Shown piece by piece: positions 1 to 12,779 of a stretch of 64,000 nucleotides of DNA. Source of the DNA: Podarcis tiliguerta (Eukaryota). Under the pieces are notes generated by a model, which saw nothing but the letters and a program-made list of their open reading frames with translations, searched no databases and was not told where the DNA came from. The first letter of the stretch is position 1. Each line of letters begins with the position of its first letter. The position numbers were made by a program, and so were the translations under genes. The DNA lies in the NCBI GenBank assembly GCA_965153285.1, contig OZ229115.1. One strand, written 5' to 3'.

Positions 1-711
1 AAGGCTGGATCCTGTGACCTAGAGACAGTCTGACATCTGTTTAACTAGGGGGGCAATACCATTGATCAACATCCCAGTAGGCCATTCACATCTCAAAACT
101 CAAGATCAGGCACAGTGATTCTTTCCTCCATTCTCACCCAGACCTCCTCCTCCTGCCCACCTTCATTGGCTACATGATAATCTCCGACTCAGGTGTAGAA
201 TTACTTATTGGTCTCACTCTTAGTCCCTCCCCGACACTTCGCATTTATAACTATCATAGAAGTAGATACCATATTGTTGTTTTCTTCCATGACCTGGAAG
301 TCTATGAGGCATTACAAAGGAATGCAAGATTTCTGTTGTCTAAGTTAAACACAGAAGGTTAGATGCATACTAAGCTCGTTTCACTATAGCTACAGCCTTT
401 AACTGGAAGCAGATCCCATTGAACTCAATGGGCTTACATCTGAACAGACATGTATAAGACTGCACTTTTCATTCCCATTACAATCTAGGGGACAAGTCAT
501 CATTAGTTTAATTCTGTTGATTACAATAGAACCTAAACTCACCTTAGTCTGGATCCAACCTAGAGTGGCATTCTGCATGTCTGAAGAAATTCACACCACA
601 TTATTTTACCTTATTTCCCACATATAAAATATCTAGGTGAGGGACAGGATCCAGCAAGTTGAGCACCAGCTATTTTTTATGAACAGTGAGGAAAGCAGAA
701 AAAAAAATTGG

Positions 712-717
712 TTTATT
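712..717 (-). terminator. TAL1: Probable TAL1 polyadenylation signal AATAAA
   Basis: Minus strand reads TGTATGCCATCTCAATAAAC followed by a U-rich tract; ends a non-repetitive block resembling the conserved distal TAL1 3'UTR (recalled). Confidence 0.7.
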
Positions 718-3414
718 GAGATGGCATACATGTATAACAGTTCACCAGGGTCTCAATAAATCTAGCTGGTGAGCTGCATTAGGCTTAGTGGTTCACAGAC
801 TGGAGCGGCCATCGTTATTATTAATTTTTTGCAAATCCAGTGAACTGTACCAAATAGGTTCACATTGATGGCGAAATCAGACATTCACTGATCAGATGAG
901 GTCAGTTGCTATTTTAGTACATGAAACAACAGTTTGCACTCATCTCTGCTGTGAAGCAGCATGGGAGCGAGGAATTTCTTCAAGATGCACACCCCATTGC
1001 CTATAATGTCTCAATGGGAGAATGTGAAAGTCAATGTGTACATGAAATCAAACAATGTACATTTGGATTTTTATCATTAGGAAATGCAACACTGCCCGCA
1101 CACCTCCTTTGCGGAAGACTGTGTGAAAGCTCACACAATATAGGTTATTTCAACAGCTCAGGGGAGACACGCCACACTTCTGCAGAGTGACAGTACCACC
1201 AAGAGCATAGGGGGACGGATCACTTACTTGGAGCAGTTGAATGTTAACCCATGGTAAGGGCTGGTATTGAGCTCCACAGAAATGGTGTTGAGGTCTAGAG
1301 AATGCAAGATGTGGAATGAGGTTAAAAAGCTCCTCACACAACTTCCCCGAGCACAGTTCTTTAGACTCACACAAACATTTACCTACAATATTGTGAAGTC
1401 AGAGGAATTTGTCCCCTGTGGAATATCAGTTGCAGAAGTTAATTCTGAAGTGGAAGTGCCTGGGGAGGGGGCTTCTCAACTTTATTAAATCTATGCTAAC
1501 ATCGCCCAAAGCCAACTGACATGCCTAAGGGTGAAGCCAAGTCTAAACCAAACAAGACCATTTTGGGCCCTAGAACAATAATACCAAAAACTGGGATTTA
1601 TTTTTTTTAACGTTTTCACTTGAAAATACTTCTCCATATAATATACCTCTCAACACAAACATACATACAGACATTTTAACATAGCAATAGTTAATGTTCA
1701 TTTCCTCAGAAAACAGAAGGAGGTATCTCAGGGGCTTGCCTGGTGGGACAGAGGCAGGGGCCTCACTGGTGCTTACTGAGGTGGGCTAGATGAATCAGTG
1801 GCAAAGTCAGGGCTGTGCAGAAGCTCCCACTGGAGTGTCCACACAGCCCTGGCCTCATGCCACCCAGTACGTGGCAGCAGTGACACTGGTCCCAGGAGGC
1901 TCTTCCTGCAGCTCCACTCACCAGGTGAGCCACTCCTGTTTTTAGCAGTTCTATGAAATCCAGTCATATTTATTTAGGAACAGGCAGCTCTATGCCACAG
2001 TTTTCATTGGTCAAAAGACTAGAGAAGGCTGTATCCCATTTCCCAGTTAACTATCAACCTAAGAAAAGAGACTGTAAAGACTGAAATAGGATAAAGTAAA
2101 TGTGGGGCTGATGAACATGTCCAAAATTTGACCTACGGTGGCTGTGCAGGACCAGTGAATGAATGAAACACACTAAGAGCTCAATCCTATATGTATTAAC
2201 TCAGAAGTAAACCCCAGGTGTTCAATGAGGATTACTCCCTAGTATGTGTGTGTAGGATTACATCCCAAAACTCAGAATCTGGTGCTTTGCAGTTCATTTA
2301 ATCTGACTTCCAGATTCCATTTCCTATCTATGGATTTCTGCCAATGCTTCCTGTTCATAACAACTGTTTAAACAGAAACTTTTACAAGCAGTGTTTAGCA
2401 AGCTATTTATTCCACCTCTACAAATACATTTGGCTGTTAATGGGATAATGGGGAAATGAAGTCCGCACACATATGCATAAGCAAGCACATCATCCAAAAG
2501 AGAAATACTTTAACTTTCACCAAAAAACACAAACCCTCAAAATCAGAAACCCTTTGGCACTAAAAACAAAAGCCTTCTGTAAAGCTGTTTGGATATCTAT
2601 GAGATGTCTATTTAAAAAATAAAACAAGACTTAAGACTGAAACCGAAAAGGCCTTCTCCATTAAGGGTAGACTTCCATTTGTTTGCAAAGCTCTGTCCTT
2701 CAGTCATGGAAGCACCCAGAGTTTTCTGAATCGTGCCTTGAACCTATAAAACTGCTGTAGCTACAGAGAGTGCATAAAACAGAAGCAGTCTTAGCAACTA
2801 TAGCTTCCCAATATGCATCCTAGAATTGTGGGTGTGCTTGCAAACATGTTGCTTTGTGCACATTCACATGCTACATTTTTATCCGCACACTTAGAAGATC
2901 TCCTATGCTCGTCTTGAACATGCAGTACAGTATAAGAATTGGCCCTGAGAAGTGTAAAAACTTCCTGGATCTGCAATCGCCACAGAATCATTGCCTGCAA
3001 CCTTCAAAGCTCAAAGTATTTCTCAAACACTGTCATAGGCTTTATTGTTGGTGTGGTGAGATTGCAGAGCGCTAGGTGGATTCTGATGGGGGGTAGTTGG
3101 AAGAGGTTTTGAACAAAGTACTGGCACTGGGGAAATGCCCAGGAAAGAGCTCACATGCTATCAGAAACATAACATCACAGGGTTATGTTGCACAACAGAA
3201 TGCACACCAGCTCTGGCTCCCTGCAACTTCTGAGAATAGTACCCCCTGAGCATTGTCCTCCTGGGGCTTCTACTGCAAAGTCTCCTAGGGCACTTCCAGA
3301 TTGGGGTTTGATTCAATCACATACTGATAAATGCAGGCTGCACAACTATAGTTGCTTGGGAGGTCTTGTGCAACAAACCCCAAAATATTGGACTTTTTGC
3401 AATAAGTGAGAGGG

Positions 3415-3630
3415 GAAACAAAATAAAAAAATTCCTTCCAGTAGCACCTTAGAGACCAACTAAGTTTGTTATTGGTATGACCTTTCGCATGCATGAATAG
3501 GTATCTGAAAAAGTGTGCGTGCACGTGAAAGCTCATACCAATAACTAACTTAGTTGGTCTCTAGGGTGCTACTGGAAGGCATTTTTTTATTTTGTTTCAA
3601 CTATGGCAGACCAACACAGCTACCCACCTG
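3415..3630. mobile_element. Penelope-like retroelement relic forming an inverted repeat (arms 3415-3493 and 3520-3598)
   Basis: Arms are reverse complements with ~6 mismatches in ~79 nt; motifs GTAGCACCTTAGAGACCAAC, GAAAGCTCATAC and GCAGACCAACACAGCTACCC resemble reptile Penelope pseudo-LTRs. Confidence 0.8.
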
Positions 3631-4814
3631 TGATAGGGGGAATGCACTGATACGCTGTCTAGCCTCTCCACAAGCAAGTCAGGGTGAATACTCCATCTGG
3701 AGGCACCCTTAGCATGTCTGGCACACAGCACAGTTGGCCATTTGCCATTCCCAGCAAGAACCTGACTCTGATGACCAACAGCATCAACCACAAATATGGT
3801 TTGTGGATATGCTTTAGTGCAACTCCCATTCATTTACACAGATCTTGTGCAGGAGAAGCTCCTAGTGGCTCGTGTGACCCCTGACTTTTATGTAAGTAAA
3901 TCCAAACAAGTCAAAGTGCATTACTGAAACATTGTTTATATCAGTTTTGTATATAAATATATATTTACATACACACACAATTTCTCATCACGCTTGTTTC
4001 AGGAAAAATAAAACCAGGAAACCCCATGATAAGAAATCCAAGAAAATGCTGCTGCTCACCCAGGTTAGAAGAAATCATCATTGTGATGAAATGTCAGAAG
4101 TTGGGAAACAAACCCTCACTGATGTACCTTTTTAGTTCAACAGATACTGCAGGTTGGAATTAAACAAAAAAAATTCCACCATCATAAAGACAAGACCTCA
4201 AACAACCCAAAACTGAGCTAGATTTAATTTGTTAAAAAAATCAGAGAAACCCACAACACAAAGTCAGCTGTTCCTTCGCAAAGGACTATTTCCTTTCTTT
4301 CATCAGAAAGGCAAAGCTCTTGAGTGAAGGCAGACAAGTTGCATACATTTTCTCAAAGTGAGCTGGAGAAAAACCACACTGCAGGGATGGTTTTTAAGGG
4401 CTTTCATGGCCCCACGGACGCACAATGTTATGGAAGATGCTTGGAACAGATGACAGGGGACGAGGGGCAACACAATACTGAAGCAGTGATAACTCTGCAG
4501 AAGGACAGAGTGTCAGGCCAATCCCTTTTAAACCTTGTATGAATACAAGATGAGATGGCTGCATATTTCCACCTTTGAGTGTTAAACTCTTTCAAAAACA
4601 CAGAGTTAACAAGACAACCCTCCCAGGCCATCAATGCTCTGTCAGTGAAGATGCACTTGATCCATCTGTGTTTTGTGATGCAGCTCTCTTGTTCAAGCCA
4701 ACAGGAAAACTTGGGAAGTACCCATTTTCTTTTCAAGAGGAGGGGGGTGAAGGACATGCATAAATTCCAGATACCATGTATTCAAGGGCCTGCCTGTGCC
4801 TCTTTGCAGGTTCA

Positions 4815-5236
4815 TCATCGCTGTGCACTGTTTTCAATGGGAAGAATAGAATGGTGGAGAGCTCTTGTGTGCTGCTTGGGGTCTAATGGTTCGTGTTCTT
4901 CTGTGAAACTGTCTGGGCTTCCTGCTCCATCTAATGAGCTTCCACAGCTTGAGTTTGGAGACAACATGTCCTGAAGAAGGTCCTCTTGCACCAGGCCACT
5001 CTCTTTGCTGACTTTACCCCTTTGGTTTCCTTCTTCTTCCTGGTCATTGAGCAGCTTGGCCAAGAAATTGATGTATTTCATAGCCAGGCGTAAGATTTCG
5101 TTCTTGCTCAGCTTTTTGTCAGGCGGGTGAGTTGGGATGAGCTTGCGGAGCTCAGCAAAAGCTCCATTGACATTCTGCTGCCTCCACCTCTCCCGGCTAT
5201 TTGTGAATATTCGACGGACCACCTTTGTGTGAGGAC
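4815..5236 (-). CDS. TAL1: TAL1 last coding exon (bHLH domain and C-terminus)
   Basis: [70 protein letters not shown]; acceptor ttatttgtag|GT; tandem TGA TGA stop. Confidence 0.98.
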
Positions 5237-5335
5237 CTACAAATAAAAAGAAATGCAAGTTTAGCAGTGACAGAATTCATGGGGAAACAGTAACATGAAC
5301 ACATCGAAACAACTTATTAAAGTGTGGCTTTCAAG

Positions 5336-5569
5336 TAGGGATGGGCGAATCTCTCGTTTTTCCCATCTTGAATTCAGTTCACCATATTTCTGCATCAGTT
5401 TGCAATTTTTTTGAATTAAAAAACCTCACAAAAATTACTCAGCATTTTAGTGTAAATTTCCCCTAAAATACACAATTTTGTTTGTATGCAAATGTTTCAG
5501 TTTGTGTATTTTTTCAGAAGTGTGAATTAGATACGGTTGCATAAAAACTGGATTTCTCCTTCATTCCTA
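5336..5569. mobile_element. Old non-autonomous DNA transposon (hAT-like MITE)
   Basis: Ends TAGGGATG...CATTCCTA are imperfect terminal inverted repeats. Confidence 0.45.
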
Positions 5570-5824
5570 CAGTACAATCTGTAGATATCTTAGCAGAGCC
5601 AGCCAGGTACACTTTTCATCACTGGAACGGGAGACAGAAATTAGACAGGTGCCCAATTCTATCTTCTCATAAGGTGTGGCACAAACTATAATCAGTTCGT
5701 ATTTCAACCCAATCTCTTCTGCAGCAACATAACCTGAAGTCTCATCCCACAGTGCAGCTTGGCTAGCTACTAATCAGAGAATCCTTAACAGAAAGGAATA
5801 TACATACAGCACTTCAGGGAGACA

Positions 5825-5829
5825 CTATC

Positions 5830-5879
<50 letters not shown>

Positions 5880-5892
5880 ATCTATCATCTAT
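5825..5892. repeat. (TCTA)n microsatellite
   Basis: Direct inspection. Confidence 0.95.
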
Positions 5893-5934
5893 AGCATATT
5901 GGTGGTGGTGGGTGCTAAATTGACACTTTTCAAT

Positions 5935-6060
5935 AGTGGGTCAGTTGCTGTCTCTTAGCCTAAGCTACCTCACAGGGTAGTTGTGAGGATATGATGGGGA
6001 GGCGGGAAAGCATATATGCCACCTTGAGTTCCTTGAGGGAAAGATGGGATATAAATCAAA
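5935..6060 (+). mobile_element. CORE-SINE/MIR-like fragment
   Basis: CTCTTAGCCTAAGCTACCTCACAGGGTAGTTGTGAGGAT resembles the CORE-SINE motif. Confidence 0.5.
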
Positions 6061-7434
6061 CAACCAAATATTATGCAGACTGTGAATTGTTTCATCTTAC
6101 AAAAACTCATAACACCCAGTTGGATAGTCTGGTGTTCATGATATGACACATGCTATGTGCATTGGGGTCCTTAAGATCCACCAAATACTCTTATAACTGA
6201 GGCCCAGTGTTGAGGAGGGGGCCAAGAGAGAGAGAGAGAGAACTTCAACTGCTTGGTACAGAATGCATCCCAAGTTGGCTTTGTTCCAGTGAAAAAAAGC
6301 TTCTGCTTGTGCAACGCAGGGCCCCTAATTTTTGTCACACGTACACAAAAGACCTCCATCTACTGCAACCCTCTGGTTCATATTCCATACTGATCAGGAG
6401 GGTCTCCTAACCATCAGAAACAACTTTTCAGGGGACACCTGGGTTGCAGTGGGTAGGAGAGATTAGTTGAGGTGCCCATTGAGACTGGTATGGCAGAAGT
6501 CAGAGTGGCGCACAGTAGGTGGAACCATGCCTAGGCAGAGCCAACTAATTCTAGTTTTGCCCCATCCTCCTCATTACTGAGTTCCATAATGATGACACTG
6601 AGGACTCAGTGATACAGATGCAAATAAAACATTTTAAATGTGTTGTGAAGTGCAATATACAAATGTGACACTAGAGGGCGAAAGTGAGCTATGCCAAATT
6701 CAATGTATTTTTCCAAACTTTTTTTAAAAGCATTTTCGCATCATTTTTTTAAAAAAAAAAAATGTGTGTAGATTCCACCTGAGAGTAATGAGGAGGAAGC
6801 TGACAACCAACACTGCCCCTCTCTGGGCTCACTATACAAAAGATGGCAGGCAGGTGGGAACTTCGACTTGGGCTGATGGGGCATTGCTCCATTCCTCCAA
6901 ACAGACTAGCTTCTCCTGGAGATCAGTAAAAATCATCTTGGGCAAACAGAAATGATTTCCACTAGTGCAAAACCGCCATGGATACAGCCCAATAACTGTA
7001 ATTCACAACCCATTTCCAGCAATTTGCACATACTCAATTTTAGCAGAATTCAATGCCCGTTGGCAGTCACCTCCCAAGGGAAAGGGGCCTAGGACCCAGC
7101 AGTTCCCCACAAGTTAGTCCACCCAACAATCGAAGCAGGAAATTGATCGTGTGGGATACGCCCACCTGATCCTAACAGATGATCCTGCTCAATGCTCCAG
7201 AGGAAGGCGAAAAAGCCCCGGTGTCTGCCAATGTGCCGCGGGGGGAATTTCCTTCCCGATGCCAACCCAGGTGACCAGGAAAACCCTGTGCATAAGAGCA
7301 AGAATCACCACATGTTACAGCAGAAGGCAGTAGCAAGTGTCATTCCCCTGTCTTTTCCATAAGCAATGTTTACCCTTATATTCTGCATGAATTATGCACT
7401 GTGCAGATGAAGGAGATTGCACATACTTGACTTA

Positions 7435-7622
7435 CGAGGCATTGTGGAACGCCCTCCCTTCAGATGTCAAAGAGATAAACAACTACCTGACATTCAGAAG
7501 ACATCTTAAGGCAGCCCTGTTCAGGGAAGTTTTTAATGTGTGACATTTTAGTGTATTTTTGGTCTCTGTGGAAGCCGCCCAGTGGCTGGAGAAACCCAGC
7601 CAGATGGGAGGGGTACAAATAA

Positions 7623-7676
<54 letters not shown>
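7435..7676 (+). mobile_element. L2-type LINE 3' end with (TTA)n tail
   Basis: TGGAACGCCCTCCCT (WNALP, RT C-terminal motif), 3'UTR GCCGCCCAG..CCCAGCCAGATGGG, (TTA)n at ~7623-7676. Confidence 0.8.
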
Positions 7677-8615
7677 TACTTCAGCATGAATTTGGCATTT
7701 TTTAAATCAGCAGCACTGGTGGCAGTGGTGAAGGGTAACTGGTCTGAGTGGGCAGTCAGGTATGAAGGGTCAGGGGGCTGGAGATGTAATGAGGTCAACT
7801 GTTGCAACAGGGAAATCTGAATCGATAGGTATTAAGCGGAGGAAGCTGTTGCTCAAAGCTGGATTTGGTTCTCAGTTTGCAAAGGGATAAGCACTAAGGC
7901 AAAAAAACTTATTGATGGATCCCCTGCCCTCTGATCCAGAAGCCAGGTGAATGGAATTGACAGAGACAGGGTCAACTCTAGGACTCAAGGAGCAAATTGC
8001 CCTCTGGCGGGTCTTCTACATTCGTGGGCACTGCAGACGTGGTGGCAATGACATCCCGCTAGGAGGCTCCATTTTAAATTTCACACAGTGCCCCTGACAG
8101 AACATTGTCATGGGCCACTAAAGAAATCACAAAATGGTGGTTGTCAGGCTATATTGGCAGCATTGTGGGAAATTTTAAAATGCCAAATTCAGGGCAGACG
8201 TCACTGTCAGTGACCTCTGATTCAGTACTGGGGGCTCGGCAGTGGCCTGGTGCTGACACCAAGCCTGGACTGAGATGAATTAATGCTTAAGAAAAACAAT
8301 TCTTTACATGCTCACAGACACTCTGCTTTTAGTCACACCAAGAGCCAATTCCCTCCTGACAATCCACACTTAATATACAATTATTTTGAAACCTGGAGTG
8401 GCTGTCTTCTCCCCCAGCAGCACCACCCTGTACATATGCCTGGGTGAGTCTGCAAGGACTGGCTTCCTGATGTATATGTTGCAAGGAAGAAATAGCCCAG
8501 TGCATCCATCTCTGCATACAAAATTACATAGTTTGTCTCTTTATTCAGAGTAGAGATGGGCAATTGCTGAGAAAAGCAGACATGTGTCAAGGATTTATTT
8601 AGGTGCCTATTTGAG

Positions 8616-8829
8616 TAGGGCTGCCATATGTCCAGGAATTGGAGTGCCAAAATGGCGTCTGGATGGATTTTCACAGAATCGGCCAAATGTCGGTGGGAAT
8701 CCAGATGTATGGCAACTAGAGCAATATTTTTTTAAAAAAATGCTTTAAAAACACTTATTTTTTTGGAAGATGCTCCCCAAAGGTCAACAACTTTTCCGGA
8801 TTTTAACTTTGGGGAATATGGCGACCCTG
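8616..8829. mobile_element. hAT-family MITE with perfect 8-bp target-site duplication
   Basis: TIRs TAGGGCTGCCATAT / ATATGGCGACCCTG; TSD TATTTGAG at 8608-8615 and 8830-8837. Confidence 0.88.
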
Positions 8830-10589
8830 TATTTGAGATCCTTGTGCCCTTGTGCATATACAGATTATAAATCCCTCCTTGCAGGAGGTTCAACAGAAGG
8901 AGCTCCACCTGCCTAACAGTTTTCATGACAAGAAGAGTGGCAGTAAAACTGGAAACTGGCCCTGTTCCTGATCCATTTATGCATGGCTTAAAAATATTGA
9001 GGGCTTATCTTAAGAACATGTCATGACTGAGAAAACAAATATTACATCTACTTCCACTGAAGCGCTCAATCTGAGAGGATATTTTTCACAACCCATGAGC
9101 AAAACTTCTTTAAAAAAAAAAATAGAAATAAAAATCTAGCATTATCCAAATTGATCTGCCAATCTAAATTTTATATCCTGAGTTTTGATGGCTGAACTAA
9201 GCACTAAGCCCTAAAAACTCTTTGACTGTGGAGACATTTTTCTTAAGTTACGGGGGTATTGGTGGCATTGAGCTTTTTTCATTGGATCACAAACTTGGTA
9301 GCTGTGAAAAAGTTGTGAGAAGGCAACTCTCTATTCTCCAGACCTTATACTTCAGATCAACCTACTGCAGCAACGGTAGAGAATCTCTGGCCCACAGACT
9401 TAACTAGGGCCAGCAAGGGTCCCAGTTTGGCCTGCAAAGCTATTCCCAACAAGCCACACCCAACTGTCAAAGTTGATCCATTGGGTTGCAGATAGATAGT
9501 GATCTGGCCCACTGAGCCAAAAAGATTCCCCACCTTCTTTAATATACCAGAAGCCTTATCCTGTGGACTTGATTTCATGCATTTATTTTGGGGTGAAAGA
9601 GGGTCTCTGTTTGGGGAACTTCTCCAGGAACCCCAACCATCTTACCTGTGCTTGGAGAAAGTCATGTGTTGCAGGCACATCTGAAGTAATCTCAGTTCAT
9701 AAATAAGATGGAATATGAACTCTCATCCCACAGATACAAATCCAACTTTTTAGTCCTGGTCCTATCAGTCTACCACATCCAATCTACCGCATCACAGAGA
9801 TCACAAAGTTCTACCTTAGTTTCCCTGAACAAGGTGGCGTTTTGCCAGTTGATTGGTGCACATCTTTTAGACTAAAAATACTTCCCAAGTCTTGCCTTTG
9901 AGGATGAAAAGCAGGGGTAGTTCACCAAAAGCCCAGCTCCCCTCCCCCAAGTTCTTCCCTATGGCCCCTGAGAATTTGGCGGCAGCAATGGAACAAAAAA
10001 TAATGATGATGTCCTCACCAGCATTGGGACTCTGCTGTCGCATGGAGGAGTACCCGCCATAGGTTTCTGCTGTAGAGGGGTGAAAAGAAGGAGGGTACAG
10101 GGAAAATTGTGTTCAGTTGTGGAAAATTGTCCTGAGATTGCTATCTAGGGTCATGGTTTCAAATCCCACCCAACCTCAGCAGTGTGTGTGTGTGTGTGTG
10201 TCCTGGAGACAGTGGGTGTGAATGTAGGGCAACCTCTTGATCACCCCACACACTTTATAGGTCACTGGCACAAGGCCCTTGGAGAGGTCCCCAGAGGTCA
10301 AAGCAGCCCACAGGCCACCCTTGACATAATGCAAAACTGCATTTAGAATGGATTGAATCAAATATATTAGGATCACTGTTGGTTTGGGCTTCTGTAGGCT
10401 TAGGGCTCATTGGGGTTGATCATTTTCTGCTTTCTTTTCTTAGCTTGTTCAGGTGACAGAACCACAGAAATACCCCACAGAGTTAATCCATCACAAAATT
10501 AATCCCAGTTTTTGAAAACGCCTGTAAAAATAATTGAATAGCCCTGGCGTGTGGATTCATTGTACTGCTTTTCCAGCAGCCTCCCAACC

Positions 10590-10712
10590 CAGGGTTGTGG
10601 CTTAGTGGCAAAGCATCTGCTTCGCATGCAGAAGGTCTCAGGTTCAATCCCTAGGAAGAGCTGGAGGAGGCCCCTATCTGAAACCCTGGAGAGATGCTGC
10701 CAATCTGTATAC
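10590..10712 (+). mobile_element. tRNA-derived SINE (Squam3-like)
   Basis: A/B-box-like head TGGCTTAGTGG...GGTTCAATCC; body CTGAAACCCTGGAGAGATGCTGCCA. Confidence 0.75.
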
Positions 10713-11739
10713 TTTTCAATGAGGCATCCAAATTATATCCAGTCCTTTTATAAATTGTGGAAATATCAATAGGTGAACAACTGAGTTAGCAACAGACAAA
10801 GTCAAATGTTTGATGAAATATAAAAATGGGCTCATTAATAGAGCCAGCACGACTGTTAATGTGAATATTGAGGATTACTAAGCATATGTAAAGCAGCATA
10901 GCTAGCAAGCAAGCAACCACCTTGCCAATATGGATGGAGGAAATGTCAAACCTGATATTTAAAATATAATATTAAAAGGGTGGGAGATATATTTCAATCT
11001 TTTCAGGTGATTTTGTTTTGTTTTGTTTGATGCCTAATTTAAACATAAATGATTGAAAAGCAGCAAGATCATGACCACTGGATATTTCTATTGCTTTGAA
11101 ATACATTACAAATCCTCACCATGTTCTGTAAGTGGCGACCTCTCACTGGGAAGGAGTTCTGACCTCCAAATGGCATTTTGCCAGTTAATTACCCTGGGAT
11201 TATCAGGCTGCCATGGTCACAATAACCCAATTTCTCCATAGCAGTTCTTGAGCAAATGAGGTGTGGGTGACAGCATGTGTCCCATTCATGGAATTAGTTC
11301 CAGGGGTTTTTAACAAAGTTTCTACTTCATGTCATTATCCCACATCAATAAAACCTGTTCTGCATCCTCACTTTGGCTTCTTTGATTCTCGACCTGCACA
11401 AGTTGTGCCCCACTAAGGCAAACCCTCTTTGTCATATTGCTGCCTGCCTAAGGCTACGAAAGGGCTGCCGAGAATCTGGACATGACTGATTGGGCTGTGT
11501 TCAGCTTGGTGGTTACAAGAACACATGCCCAGTTTATACACAGTCCAGACAGGCTAGTAGTACTTCTGGGGCTTAAGTTCATGTCCTCAGTATATATAAG
11601 CCAAGAAGGAACATCTCACCAGTCAAGTATACACTGATGCTTCACATGGTTCAGGTGTAAAGAAGCCTAAAATCAACCTTTTGCTCATAGGCAGCTTTTA
11701 AATTATTCCATGAACTTCAAGGCCAGTATATATACATTC

Positions 11740-12290
11740 ATAGTTTCCAGCAACTGGTGCTCAGAGGCATATGCCTTCTTTGATAGTGGAGGTAGAACAT
11801 AGGCATCAGTAGTAGCCACTGATAAGCCCTCTCCTCCATGAATTTGTCTAATCCTGTTTTGAAGCCATCCATGTTGGTGCCCATCGATGCCTCTTGTGGA
11901 AGCAAATGCCATAGTTCAATGAGGCTCTATCAAGGACATTGTTTTGTCTGCCTGAACCTTCCAACATTCAGTTTCAGGGGATGAAGAGAGAGGGAGCGTG
12001 ACTTCTCTCTCTCCACTTTCTCCACACCTTACACACCTCTATCCTGCCACCTGTCTTACTCATCTCTTTTTGTTTTTTTAAACAAAGAAAGGCTCAAGTG
12101 TTGTAACCTTTCCTCCTGTCCTGTGATCGTTTTGGCTGTCCTTTAGCTATTCTTTTTCCAGCTGCATAATATCCATTTTGAGGTAAGGTGGCCAGAACTG
12201 GACACAATAGGTTCCTATAACAGCATCACGATATTGGCAGCTTTATTTTCAATCCCATGGAATTTGCATTTTTCACAGCTACAATATTGT
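11740..12290 (-). mobile_element. CR1 LINE 3' fragment (degenerate)
   Basis: TCCTCCATGAATTTGTCTAATCC..AAGCCATCC and CCAGAACTGGACACAATA are typical reverse-strand CR1 RT/3' motifs. Confidence 0.7.
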
Positions 12291-12779
12291 GTATTGCTTC
12301 AAAATGTGGTCAGCCAGTCCTGCTGCTTCAGAGGACCCTCCTTCTTGTTCTGCTGATTGAGGCCCTGGGCTTCTGCACCCAAGTCCAGCCCTGAAAGCTC
12401 CAGAACATCTGGACACATGACCCAGCTGAAGGTCCAAAGGCCTCACCCCCTCAAACCCCATCCAACACTGATGGCTACGCTCCTTTGATTTCCAAAAACT
12501 GGTTTTGCTTAGTGCATATTGCCTAAATACATGAATAACTACAGGACCAGGGCAATATAGTAGGCAAATATTGTCTTCTCCCTCCTAGGGTGGTCATCAA
12601 CTAAGCTTTACTCAGAGTAGAAGAACCACAGAACTTAATGGACCTAACTTAGTCATGCCTATTCATTTCAATGGATCTGCTCTGAGTAAAACTTTAATGA
12701 ATACCACCCAATTGGTTTCATCCCAACATTTTCCCATTATTGCTACTGTCACCATCATCATCACTACTATGAAGCCAAC

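Larger units (their letters stand above)
690..4814 (-). other. TAL1: TAL1 3'UTR (~4.1 kb)
   Basis: Lies between the stop codon (4815-4817) and the AATAAA at 712-717; AU-rich; TAL1 is known to have a long 3'UTR. Confidence 0.65.

Noticed and set aside
1-690. SCL +19 stem-cell enhancer (Ets-Ets-GATA)
   Set aside because: No such motif arrangement seen; if present it would lie further downstream, outside the window
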